A program made the position numbers and the translations under genes. The notes below the pieces were generated by a model. That model was not told the origin of the DNA. It ran no database searches and was given only the letters and a program-made list of their open reading frames with translations. DNA of 64,000 nucleotides. It comes from a virus. Location of the stretch: the IMG/VR virus record IMGVR_UViG_3300020201_000009, positions 1 through 64,000 of that record. One strand, given 5' to 3'. This document shows, piece by piece, positions 1 through 8,906 of the stretch; position 1 is the first letter of the stretch; every line of letters begins with the position of its first letter.

Positions 1-33
1 ATATTATAATAGTATATTTTTTTGTTAATGAAT

Positions 34-62
34 AAAAACCTCGTTAAAAAACGGGGTTTTTT
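34..62 (+). terminator. Probable intrinsic terminator of an upstream gene
   Basis: AAAAACCTCGTT-AAAA-AACGGGGTTTTT hairpin with T-run in intergenic DNA. Confidence 0.5.
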
Positions 63-133
63 AGTGTTATTTGGCTAAAATTAAACTATTTTTAACAAAC
101 TAACACTAAAATAGTGTTTTTTTATACTTTTTC

Positions 134-138
134 GTGTA
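134..138 (+). promoter_or_regulatory. Putative phage late promoter core GTGTA
   Basis: Same pentamer, usually after a T-rich or AT-rich stretch, recurs upstream of most structural-gene starts. Confidence 0.55.
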
Positions 139-165
139 ATATATAACTATAAACATTAAACTATT

Positions 166-624
166 ATGAAGACGTTTTGCGCAAGCTGTGGGTATGGTGC
201 TGAATATTCAGGAAAAAAACCGAGCTTCTGTTGCTCGTGTGGTCATCCATATGATGCAGCCTTTAAAAAAACTCCCGTTAATCAAGTAACTTCTACACCC
301 GCTATAGCAAGAGTGGGCGATGGAAAAAGATCTTCCGATTACGAATACGACGATGAAGAGGTCTATACGGGACCAACGGTTAAATTTAGGAAACCTTCAT
401 TAGCCAGTACAAAAATTAGTATTGGACGTTTTATGAAAACCGACGATTTAAAGACAATGGGGCCAGACGCCAGAATTGAAAGAGGACAACAATTATCCCT
501 TGAGGAATTAAACAAGAATAGTAGTGGCGCGATTGAATCTACTCGATCCAATGCTAATGTTCTTAGTAACTTACTAAAAGTTACGGCTCAAAATACGGTT
601 CACGAGCAGCAAAAAACAAACTAA
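166..624 (+). CDS. Hypothetical protein with N-terminal Zn ribbon
   Basis: CxxCG...FCxxCG at N-terminus; first gene of a tightly packed operon. Confidence 0.6.
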   Translation: MKTFCASCGYGAEYSGKKPSFCCSCGHPYDAAFKKTPVNQVTSTPAIARVGDGKRSSDYEYDDEEVYTGPTVKFRKPSLASTKISIGRFMKTDDLKTMGPDARIERGQQLSLEELNKNSSGAIESTRSNANVLSNLLKVTAQNTVHEQQKTN

Positions 625-627
625 TCG

Positions 628-1305
628 ATGCTTCTGACTTTTGAGGAGAGGCTTCCTGAAATAGAAAAAATTGTAGATAGTAGGAAATCAAAATGGTATC
701 TTTCTACAATAGCTTGGGAAGATGTGAGGCAGATCTTATTGATTAGAATTTTTAACAAATATCATCTTTACGACGGGGAAAAAGGAGAATTTATTCGTTG
801 GGCTAATCGCTTGATTACGAATGCAATAAGAAGTTTGCTAAGAGATAACTTATATAAATATTCGAGACCCTGTATTCAGGGAAGAGGGTGTGTTTATAAT
901 TTGGGCGAAGAATTTTGCTCTTATACAAAAAGTGGTAAACAATGCGCCGAATGTCCTTTGTTCGCTAAGTGGAAAAATAAAAAAGGAAATCAGTATAATG
1001 TAAAACAATCGCTACCTCTTCAAAACCACATTCAGGAAGTCAATAATATTCAACACGACTTTATTGAAATTGATAGTGCCAAAGTAATAATTGATGAAAA
1101 AATGAAAGAAACGCTAAAGCCTTATGAATATAGTATTTATAAATTAATCTATATTGAAAATAAAAGTGAGCAAGAGGCTGGAAAAATTTTAGACTACAAA
1201 AAATGCAATAATAGTGATATTCCAGGATATCAAATTATTCGTAAGGTAAAAAAACGAATTGTTGAAAGAGCGAGAGAAATTATAAATGAAGAGGGTTTAG
1301 TATAA
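628..1305 (+). CDS. Sigma-70-like phage RNA polymerase sigma factor with Cys-rich insert
   Basis: Region-2-like EDVRQ...YDGEKGEFIRWANRLITNAIRSLLR; region-4-like LKPYEYSIYKLIYIENKSEQEAGKILDY; 5 Cys in the linker. Confidence 0.65.
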   Translation: MLLTFEERLPEIEKIVDSRKSKWYLSTIAWEDVRQILLIRIFNKYHLYDGEKGEFIRWANRLITNAIRSLLRDNLYKYSRPCIQGRGCVYNLGEEFCSYTKSGKQCAECPLFAKWKNKKGNQYNVKQSLPLQNHIQEVNNIQHDFIEIDSAKVIIDEKMKETLKPYEYSIYKLIYIENKSEQEAGKILDYKKCNNSDIPGYQIIRKVKKRIVERAREIINEEGLV

Positions 1306-2426
1306 TGGCCGAAGAAGAATACGAATTAACAAAAGCGGATAAAAAATACATTTTAGATAATGTTTCTACTACTGACTTAGTTACAATGACCCGGTACATT
1401 ACCGGTGATGAAAAAGCAGACGGACGTAATAAAATTGGTAAGAAGATTAGAATTTTTGCTTCAGAATCCGGTTTAGAAATTGAGACTTCCCGGTACAGAA
1501 AGAAAGATCCGTACATACTAGAAGTCGAAGCCCAACAATTCATTGAGTCCAACATAGGAAAAATGGAATGGATGGAAATGGCTAAACATATATTTCAAGA
1601 TAAGGGTATCGCGTCAAGGGACATGCGTGCTCAGGCGGTCTATAATTACATTAAAGAGGTCGCCCCTACCTATATCCGCTCTAACGATGAAATAGTGGAT
1701 GAAGAAACCTACGAAGCGCCTAAGAGTCTTTATCATTTAGTCAATGTTGTGAATAGATATGTACAGAATCCAAATGATGAACTGAAAATGTATTATGAAA
1801 ATATTCGTTGCCATGACGATATTAAAAAGCTTCCAAGTCAAGAAATAAAGAATCTTAGGGCACTTCATGGGTTTATGAAGATTCGTAGGTTTAGCATTCA
1901 AGCGAGTGGTTATAAAAAAAAGCACTTGAGGGATCTTTTCGAATCAACTTTTGTAGGACATACCTACGACAAACCGGACTTATTAAGAGAAGAGGTGGAG
2001 CAATATATCTCATTGGCGGCTGAAACAGTTACTTGTGTAAGTATAGAAGCTCAAATTCAGATGCTGGAAATTCAAATCGACGAAACTCTTAATGATAACT
2101 CTATAGATGCTAAACGACTTAGTATGACCTATGTTGAGTTGTTAGATAAATCTAGAAGAAATTTAGATTCTGCCAAAAAACAAGTCGCTGATCTTCAAGA
2201 TTCTCTCGTTGGCTCTCGCGCCACTCGGCATAAAAATCGTCTAGCCGCTACATCCAATCTCCACGAATTCATCAAGATGTGGAAAGAAAAGGCTGGTAGA
2301 GAACTTATGTTGCAGGCCGCAAGGGACAGACAAGCTTTACTGAGTGAAGAAGTTGAGCGTTTGTCAGCCTTGGATACTATTAAAGCACATATATTTGGGC
2401 TTGACCCGAAGAGCATTATTAAGTAA
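1305..2426 (+). CDS. Hypothetical protein with C-terminal coiled coil (possible small terminase or packaging accessory)
   Basis: 373-aa ORF coupled to the sigma gene and upstream of the terminase; function inferred from position only. Confidence 0.4.
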   Translation: MAEEEYELTKADKKYILDNVSTTDLVTMTRYITGDEKADGRNKIGKKIRIFASESGLEIETSRYRKKDPYILEVEAQQFIESNIGKMEWMEMAKHIFQDKGIASRDMRAQAVYNYIKEVAPTYIRSNDEIVDEETYEAPKSLYHLVNVVNRYVQNPNDELKMYYENIRCHDDIKKLPSQEIKNLRALHGFMKIRRFSIQASGYKKKHLRDLFESTFVGHTYDKPDLLREEVEQYISLAAETVTCVSIEAQIQMLEIQIDETLNDNSIDAKRLSMTYVELLDKSRRNLDSAKKQVADLQDSLVGSRATRHKNRLAATSNLHEFIKMWKEKAGRELMLQAARDRQALLSEEVERLSALDTIKAHIFGLDPKSIIK

Positions 2427-2438
2427 AATAAAGAATAA

Positions 2439-3371
2439 ATGGCATTTGTTTGTTTGGTGGATAAGACAGAATTTGATGATTTGGATGCCCTGCACTATCA
2501 TCTTAAAGAGCTAAAAGTTTCCCAGAAGACTTACTATCTTCAATATTGCAACAAGAAGGATTTATTAACGGGAGAGACGTTGGAATTTAAGTCTGTCGAA
2601 CAGTATTTAAGCAACGACTTCCAAGACAAGAATAACCTTAAAAAATACCTCAAAACAAACGTCGAAGAGGGAAAAAAATGGTCTCTTAACTGGCTTAAAT
2701 TGAGGAAGGAATCGAAAAATCTTCGGTGGGCTCCCTCGCAGGTTGAATTAAGATCCCTTCCGTGTCCAACAATTCCTTATTTTGATTTTATCGGTGGCTA
2801 TAATAAAATTTGTACTGAAATGGGTATGCAGTTAAAATATACCAACGAAGATTTGGTATTTAAAAAACTCCCAGTTGAGGCAAAGATTATTGTGGATAGT
2901 CGAGAACAAAAACCGCTATCTTTTAATAACTCGGTTATTGAGGCCGTAAACGTTGGCGATTATGCGCTAACAAAACCATATGATAAAAAAATCTACGTAG
3001 AGAGAAAGAGTCTATTGGATTTTATAGGTACGCTTACAAAAGATCTTGGACGCTTCGAAAGAGAAATAGAACGAGCTGTTAAAGATAAGAGCTATATTGT
3101 TATGTTAGTCGAGAACGACATTAATGACTGTTTGGGTTTTACCTTTCTGGCCAAAAAATACATTGGTTTACGATATGTAAAAACCACGCCAGCACATGTA
3201 TTTAAAAATTTGAGAGATTTGCTCCAGAAATATGATAACTTCCAAGTTCTATTCGTCAATGGACGTATCGAAGCGAAAAATGGCGTGATTAAGATTTTTG
3301 AGTTGGGTGAACAAGTAAAGAAGACTGACCTTCAGTTATTCTATGAACTAAAAAAGTTAGTATTATTATAA
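2439..3371 (+). CDS. ERCC4/XPF-Mus81 family nuclease
   Basis: IIVDSREQ...VGDY...VERKSLLDF is the diagnostic ERCC4 motif (VDxRE, GD, ERKxxxD). Confidence 0.8.
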   Translation: MAFVCLVDKTEFDDLDALHYHLKELKVSQKTYYLQYCNKKDLLTGETLEFKSVEQYLSNDFQDKNNLKKYLKTNVEEGKKWSLNWLKLRKESKNLRWAPSQVELRSLPCPTIPYFDFIGGYNKICTEMGMQLKYTNEDLVFKKLPVEAKIIVDSREQKPLSFNNSVIEAVNVGDYALTKPYDKKIYVERKSLLDFIGTLTKDLGRFEREIERAVKDKSYIVMLVENDINDCLGFTFLAKKYIGLRYVKTTPAHVFKNLRDLLQKYDNFQVLFVNGRIEAKNGVIKIFELGEQVKKTDLQLFYELKKLVLL

Positions 3372-3374
3372 ATT

Positions 3375-6300
3375 ATGGCTTGGGACGCAGGAAAAAATCG
3401 TATAAAGAAATGGGAAGATACAAATGAAAAGTTATCGCAACTAGAAGGAGAGTTAACTGATCAGGAGGCTATGGAGACTTTCGCCGAATACTTGTTTGCC
3501 AATCCAAGTATTTGTTTGGAATTATTGGCAAATTTAAAAATTTACCCCCTTCAAGAGCTAATGATAAAGGGATGGATGAGAAATGATTATTCGATGGCAA
3601 TTTGGGGCCGAGGCATGAGTAAATGCATAGACATTAATAGCTCAGTATTAACGAACAAGGGAATTATTCCAATAAAAAATGTGGAAGTTGGCGATAATAT
3701 TTATGCCGAAAAGGGCGTTCAAAAAGTATTAAATAAATGGTTTAATCCAGAAGAAGACGGATTTAAAGTTACGACAAAAAAAGGCTATAGTTTTATCGCA
3801 AAGAAGGGTCATAAATTTAAAATTTACGATCCAGAAACATTTGAAACCAAGTTTATAAATATAGAAGATACTCGTTTAGAGAATCTTATTCCAATAAAAG
3901 TCGGTCCTAATTACTGGGGAAATCAAAGTTTAGATTTTGATAGTAAGGTGAAAGAAAAATTTTTAGTTAATATTGAAAACGATTTAGACTTTTATTATTA
4001 TATTGGACGGCTCTTAGGAGACGATTGTACTACTCACAAAATTGGAATTACATCTCCTGATAAAGAAATGATTGATTTTTTAATAGATTATTACAAGAAG
4101 ATAGCACCAGAAAATAATATTGAACAGTATAAAAAAGTTGATAATGAAACATCCGGCGCATGTATTTCTAACCAAAACCTAACATGTGTTTTAGAGTCTC
4201 TTGGCTTTGATTTATCATTACATTCGGTCTATAAAAAAATTCCCTCTAAACTATTATCTGTTTCGGGTGATAAAATTGCTATGATTCTTCGGGGTCTTTT
4301 CGATACCGGCGGTTACGTTTCATTGATGGAGAAGGAGGAAAAGAAATCTATTAGTTGTCTAATCGGGTATAGTTCTTCTTCTAAAGAAATGGCTAAACAG
4401 GTTCATACATTGTTGCTGAATTTCGGTGTTGTCTCTTCATTCGCTTTGCATTCGTCTGGAGAAAAAAATAAACTGGTAAATGGACAATTCTGCGAAACTC
4501 AAGACGATTATAAGGTGATTATTACTGGGAGTAAATATATAGAAAAATTCAATCAAATTATTGGGTTCGGATTAACCAGAAAACGAGAGAGAGTTGAAAA
4601 ATATTTAGCTCTAAAGAATCCAAAGAGTCTTTATTTTGATAATGTTATACCGAATCTCAGGAAAGCTTTGAAGAAAAAATTTACTCACTGTGGATTTAAA
4701 AAAGAAGAGTTTGAGCTACACGATTCAATGAATCTAGAAAAACTTAAGGAGATTTTTCCATTAATCCCAGAAGGTAAAGAAAAAAATAGCCTTAAAGAGC
4801 TAATAGATAGCGATTTTTATATCGATAAAATTGAATCTATAATACCGTGGAAAACTCAAACTTGTGATATAACAGTAGACAAAGAAGAGTGTTATTGGTC
4901 AGATGGAGCTATTCATCATAATAGCTTCACGGCAGCAGTTTTCTGTCTTTTTTGGTCAGTCTTCAACCCCGATAATCGTATCATTCTAATTTCGTTCGTC
5001 TTTCGTGCGACCAGAAGAATTCTTGAACAAATCGAAAAGTTTGTAAACGCAGATGGGGCTCATAATATTAAAAGTTGTTTTCCTAGCGATTTGCAAAAGA
5101 GAAACGATGAATGGAAATGGGCATTGCCAAATGGGGCTTCTATTGTTTGTTTACCTTTGGGCGATGGAACAAAGATTCGTGGTTTCCGTGCAGATACTCT
5201 CATTATCGATGAGTATAATTACATGAATTCTAATGTTATTACAGAAGTAATTCAACCATTCCTCGTCTCCTCAAATAATGTTTCCTCACAAATGGAAATT
5301 GATCGTATCGAAGACAAACTAGTGGCACAGGGGAAAATAAGAAATGACCAGAGAACAACTTTAGATGAAAATATTAAAGTTATCGCCTTAAGTTCGGCTG
5401 GTTTCCAGTTCGAAGACATGTACAAAAAGTATTCTTATTGGGTGTCCAATATTATGGAAGGAGGTATTACAAAGAGAGACAGTGGCGAAGAGGAGGTGAG
5501 GCTTGGTGTTGGTGAAAATATTTCCTATTTTGTTTCAAGACTCAGTTATGAAGCCGCTCCCAAGGGATTGTTAAATGCAAAAGTTATTGAAGAGGCACGA
5601 CAAGGCGCTAGTCAAAGCGTTTTCGATAGAGAATATAGGGCAATTTTTACAGCAGACTCGGACTCTTACTATTCTGCTAAAAAAATGGTAGAATGCACAA
5701 TCCCAAATGGCCAATCGCCATGTATGGAAATAGAGGGCGATAATGGATCGGAATATATTCTTTCAATCGATCCATCTTTCTCTTCGGCAGAGCACTCTGA
5801 CTATTTTGCAATGGTTATTTTAAAAATCGTCAAGAAAGACGGGAAGAAAATTCCCCTTCTTGTGCATTGTTACGCAGTTGCGGGCGGAAGTCTTAAAGAT
5901 CATACTCTTTATTTATATTTTTTACTTAAAAAATTTAATGTAGTTTATGTAGCTATTGACTCTTCTGGTGGAGATAGTAATGAATTTATTAATTCTTCAA
6001 ATAATTCTAAACTATTTAAAGATAGTAAAATAGAATTATTGGACATACAAGCGGATTTTGCTAAACATGATAATTCTGATCTTATAAAAGAAATTAAAAA
6101 AAGTTATAACTTGCAGCAAAAAAGAATTGTACAAAAACAACATTTCGGCGCTGGTAATTTTTTAAGATCCGCAAATGAATATATGCAAGGTTGCTTTGAT
6201 AGAAAGAATTTAATGTTTGCTGGTAAGATTAATAGTAATGCCAACGAACTTTCCAGAATATCGGGTACCAGTATGGATATACTAAAAGATCATAAATCCT

Positions 6301-6578
6301 TTAAAGATATTGATATCGAGGAATTTATCGAAGACCAAGATAATTGGATAGATGTCACAAAACAAGAATGCGCACTTATAGAAATTAGCACAAGCGCACT
6401 TGGAACAATGTCGTTTGATTTACCATTGTCTTTGCGAAGAAGTAAACAGGCGAATAGAGTGCGTAAGGACTTGTACTCAGCGTTGTTACTGGGAAATTGG
6501 GCGTTCAAACTATATATTGAATGTTTGAATGAGCCCGAGGTAAAGACTTTTGCGACTTTTGCTCCGTTTTTGGGATAA
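3375..6578 (+). CDS. terL: Terminase large subunit, intein-containing
   Basis: Spliced Walker A WGRGMSK/SFT; IRGFRA plus Walker B LIIDEY; RNase H-like nuclease LSIDPS...SDYFA...RKDLYSAL; portal immediately downstream. Confidence 0.85.
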   Translation: MAWDAGKNRIKKWEDTNEKLSQLEGELTDQEAMETFAEYLFANPSICLELLANLKIYPLQELMIKGWMRNDYSMAIWGRGMSKCIDINSSVLTNKGIIPIKNVEVGDNIYAEKGVQKVLNKWFNPEEDGFKVTTKKGYSFIAKKGHKFKIYDPETFETKFINIEDTRLENLIPIKVGPNYWGNQSLDFDSKVKEKFLVNIENDLDFYYYIGRLLGDDCTTHKIGITSPDKEMIDFLIDYYKKIAPENNIEQYKKVDNETSGACISNQNLTCVLESLGFDLSLHSVYKKIPSKLLSVSGDKIAMILRGLFDTGGYVSLMEKEEKKSISCLIGYSSSSKEMAKQVHTLLLNFGVVSSFALHSSGEKNKLVNGQFCETQDDYKVIITGSKYIEKFNQIIGFGLTRKRERVEKYLALKNPKSLYFDNVIPNLRKALKKKFTHCGFKKEEFELHDSMNLEKLKEIFPLIPEGKEKNSLKELIDSDFYIDKIESIIPWKTQTCDITVDKEECYWSDGAIHHNSFTAAVFCLFWSVFNPDNRIILISFVFRATRRILEQIEKFVNADGAHNIKSCFPSDLQKRNDEWKWALPNGASIVCLPLGDGTKIRGFRADTLIIDEYNYMNSNVITEVIQPFLVSSNNVSSQMEIDRIEDKLVAQGKIRNDQRTTLDENIKVIALSSAGFQFEDMYKKYSYWVSNIMEGGITKRDSGEEEVRLGVGENISYFVSRLSYEAAPKGLLNAKVIEEARQGASQSVFDREYRAIFTADSDSYYSAKKMVECTIPNGQSPCMEIEGDNGSEYILSIDPSFSSAEHSDYFAMVILKIVKKDGKKIPLLVHCYAVAGGSLKDHTLYLYFLLKKFNVVYVAIDSSGGDSNEFINSSNNSKLFKDSKIELLDIQADFAKHDNSDLIKEIKKSYNLQQKRIVQKQHFGAGNFLRSANEYMQGCFDRKNLMFAGKINSNANELSRISGTSMDILKDHKSFKDIDIEEFIEDQDNWIDVTKQECALIEISTSALGTMSFDLPLSLRRSKQANRVRKDLYSALLLGNWAFKLYIECLNEPEVKTFATFAPFLG
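3624..4922 (+). mobile_element. Intein (433 aa) with LAGLIDADG-type endonuclease domain inserted in the terminase P-loop
   Basis: Starts CIDINSSVLT; ends TCDITV...GAIHHN followed by Ser+1; internal blocks YYIGRLLGDD and LRGLFDTGG. Confidence 0.9.
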
Positions 6579-6611
6579 TTGTACAATATTTTAACATTTA
6601 ACTACTTTTGG

Positions 6612-6616
6612 GTGTA
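6612..6616 (+). promoter_or_regulatory. Putative late promoter core GTGTA for the portal operon
   Basis: TTTTGGGTGTAAAT in the terL-portal intergenic region. Confidence 0.5.
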
Positions 6617-6619
6617 AAT

Positions 6620-6868
6620 TAGATAGTATATAAAGTTAACAATTAAGACATTAAGCTATGATAAAACATAAATATGAAAAGAAAAATCTAGACTACTGGA
6701 AAAGAGTAGTGGCAGAAGAAGCGGTAGCTAAAGAAGTCGTACAAGCTATTATCTTGACGCAAAAAGCATACGCGGGCGTGGCTGTTGTCCGTAACACTAT
6801 CCTCAGCGTTGTTACTGAGAAATTGGGCGTTCAAACTATATATTGAATGTTTGAATGAGCCCGAGGTA
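6620..6868 (+). repeat. Decayed tandem duplication (mosaic copy of portal 5' end and terminase 3' end) containing a 62-aa pseudo-ORF at 6658-6846
   Basis: 6620-6744 matches 6867-7000; 6745-6801 matches 7199-7255; 6802-6868 matches 6476-6542. Confidence 0.9.
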
Positions 6869-6904
6869 GATAGTATATAAAGTTAACAATTAAGACATTG
6901 AGCT

Positions 6905-8875
6905 ATGACAAAACGTAAATATGAAAAGAAAAATCTAGACTACTGGAATAACGTTAAAAGAGTAGTGGTAGAAGAAGCGGTAGCTAAAGAAGTCGTACAA
7001 AGGCAATTGATGCCCACTCTAGATTATAAATTCGACGACAACGAGCATTTTACGGCTGTCGCAGCATGTGGCGGCGGCGCTTCTCGTTCATATAGAGACG
7101 GTGGATCGCCGGAAGTGTCACCTATAGATGCTTATGCTAATATCGATTCTCAAATTTTACCTTGGGAAACTTCTAACGGTAGAATTAGTATTTCTAGAGC
7201 TATTATCTTGGCGCAAAAAGCATACGCGGGCGTGGCTGTTGTCCGTAACACTATCGAATCCCAAGTTGAATTCAGTAATAGTAGGATTCATTTGAAGGGT
7301 TCGAATACAACTGCGAACGATTTTTATAAGGCGTGGTTCGACGTTATAGGACTATTTAAAGTCAAAGAGCAATTCTTTAGAGAGCGTTATTGTTCAGGTA
7401 ACTGGTTTGTTTATAAAATGATGGGGAGAATTCCCGACTCCCAAATGGCAAAAGTAAAAGGAATTGGGGTGAAGGGGAATCTTATTCCAATTAGATATTA
7501 TACTTTAAATCCTTCTCAAGTTTATTTACAAAATGGTTTAGGTTATTCTCCGGGGCAATGGGTAAAGATCATGAGTTCTTATGAAATTGATCGACTAAGA
7601 TTTCCCCAAACAGACGAAGACAGACAGGTTTTTAATTCCCTACCTCCAGAAACGAAAGATTTAATTAAAAGAGGCGGGGGTTTGGGAGAGTTATACATTC
7701 CATTAGACCCGAAACGTTTACGATATGTATTTTACAAAAAACAAGATTACCAACCGATGGCTATTCCGATGGTTTATCCTGTATTAAACGATATCGAATG
7801 GAAGTTGGAATTAAAGAAAATGGATATGTCGTTGTCTCGTACAATTGAACAGGTGATTCTCTTAATTACAACTGGTGAAAAAACTGATCAATACGGCGGC
7901 GGCATCAATCCCGAAAATTTAGCGAATCTTAGAACAATTTTTAACAGCCAAACGTTGGGAAGGGTATTAGTCGCCGACTATACAACTAAGGCTGAATGGA
8001 AGATTCCCGACATCGGCGCTATTCTAGGACCAGAAAAGTATAAACAGGTAGAGCAAGATATTAAAGAGGGCCTTCAATCGATTATGATGGGAGACGATAA
8101 ATTCGCAAATGCTCAAATTAAAGCGAAGGTCTTTATCGAAAGAATGAAAGAGGGCCAAGAGGCTTTTTTAAACGAATTCCTTATTCCCGAGATGCGGATT
8201 ATCGCCGAACAAATGAACTTTAAGAGCATTCCAGAGGTAGAATTTGAAGAGATTGATATCACAGATCCGAGCGTCATGGCGAGAATCTTCTTACGCATGG
8301 CCGAAGTCGGTTTATTAACTCCTGATGAACTGAATACGGCGTTAACAAGTGGTGTTTTACCAGAATCTGAGACTTCCAAGCACTCTCAAACGGAATACAA
8401 AAAAGAGAGAGATAAGGGATTGTATGCGCCTCTAATCGGTGGTGCTAAAGATCCCGCTGCCGGTGCAAACGGGAGGCCGCAAGGCACTAAAGCGCCCCAA
8501 TCTACAAAAAAGATGACGCCGCAAGGCACTAAAGGCTCTGATGTTGAAGAGGAAAATAGATATAGTCAGGCGAAATTTATTGAATTAGTCCCTATTGCCA
8601 ACTCTCTTAAAAAATTAGTAAAAGCTGAATTGTGTAAAAAATACAAGCTTGACCAAAATACGTTAAATCATGAGCAAGAAGAGTTAGTGGAAACATTGAC
8701 CAAATGTATCGTCGTCAATGAAAGTCCTGACGATTGGACGTCTAAAACCGCGAAGATGTATATTAAGGAACCAAAGATAATTAGCGATGATATCGGTAAT
8801 GTTATCGATGATATTGCGGTGTCCCACGATTTATCGGGTTGGAATGCCTCTCTGGCATACAAATGTATAGTATAA
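6905..8875 (+). CDS. Portal protein
   Basis: 656 aa, located between terL and protease/capsid genes; helical core with low-complexity C-tail containing GRP (GANGRPQGT), as often seen in portals. Confidence 0.7.
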   Translation: MTKRKYEKKNLDYWNNVKRVVVEEAVAKEVVQRQLMPTLDYKFDDNEHFTAVAACGGGASRSYRDGGSPEVSPIDAYANIDSQILPWETSNGRISISRAIILAQKAYAGVAVVRNTIESQVEFSNSRIHLKGSNTTANDFYKAWFDVIGLFKVKEQFFRERYCSGNWFVYKMMGRIPDSQMAKVKGIGVKGNLIPIRYYTLNPSQVYLQNGLGYSPGQWVKIMSSYEIDRLRFPQTDEDRQVFNSLPPETKDLIKRGGGLGELYIPLDPKRLRYVFYKKQDYQPMAIPMVYPVLNDIEWKLELKKMDMSLSRTIEQVILLITTGEKTDQYGGGINPENLANLRTIFNSQTLGRVLVADYTTKAEWKIPDIGAILGPEKYKQVEQDIKEGLQSIMMGDDKFANAQIKAKVFIERMKEGQEAFLNEFLIPEMRIIAEQMNFKSIPEVEFEEIDITDPSVMARIFLRMAEVGLLTPDELNTALTSGVLPESETSKHSQTEYKKERDKGLYAPLIGGAKDPAAGANGRPQGTKAPQSTKKMTPQGTKGSDVEEENRYSQAKFIELVPIANSLKKLVKAELCKKYKLDQNTLNHEQEELVETLTKCIVVNESPDDWTSKTAKMYIKEPKIISDDIGNVIDDIAVSHDLSGWNASLAYKCIV

Positions 8876-8890
8876 AACGTTAGATTTTAA

Positions 8891-8895
8891 GTGTA
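8891..8895 (+). promoter_or_regulatory. Putative late promoter core GTGTA
   Basis: TTTTAAGTGTATT 11 nt upstream of ATG 8907. Confidence 0.55.
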
Positions 8896-8906
8896 TTGCA
8901 TTAATC

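Noticed and set aside
6658-6846. 62-aa ORF as an independent conserved gene
   Set aside because: It is a mosaic of portal N-terminal fragments and out-of-frame terminase sequence
6620-7255. Diversity-generating retroelement template/variable repeat pair
   Set aside because: Four of six differences are A/G but two are C/T, the repeats match terminase and portal ends, and no reverse transcriptase is present in the window; tandem duplication plus deletions explains the pattern fully
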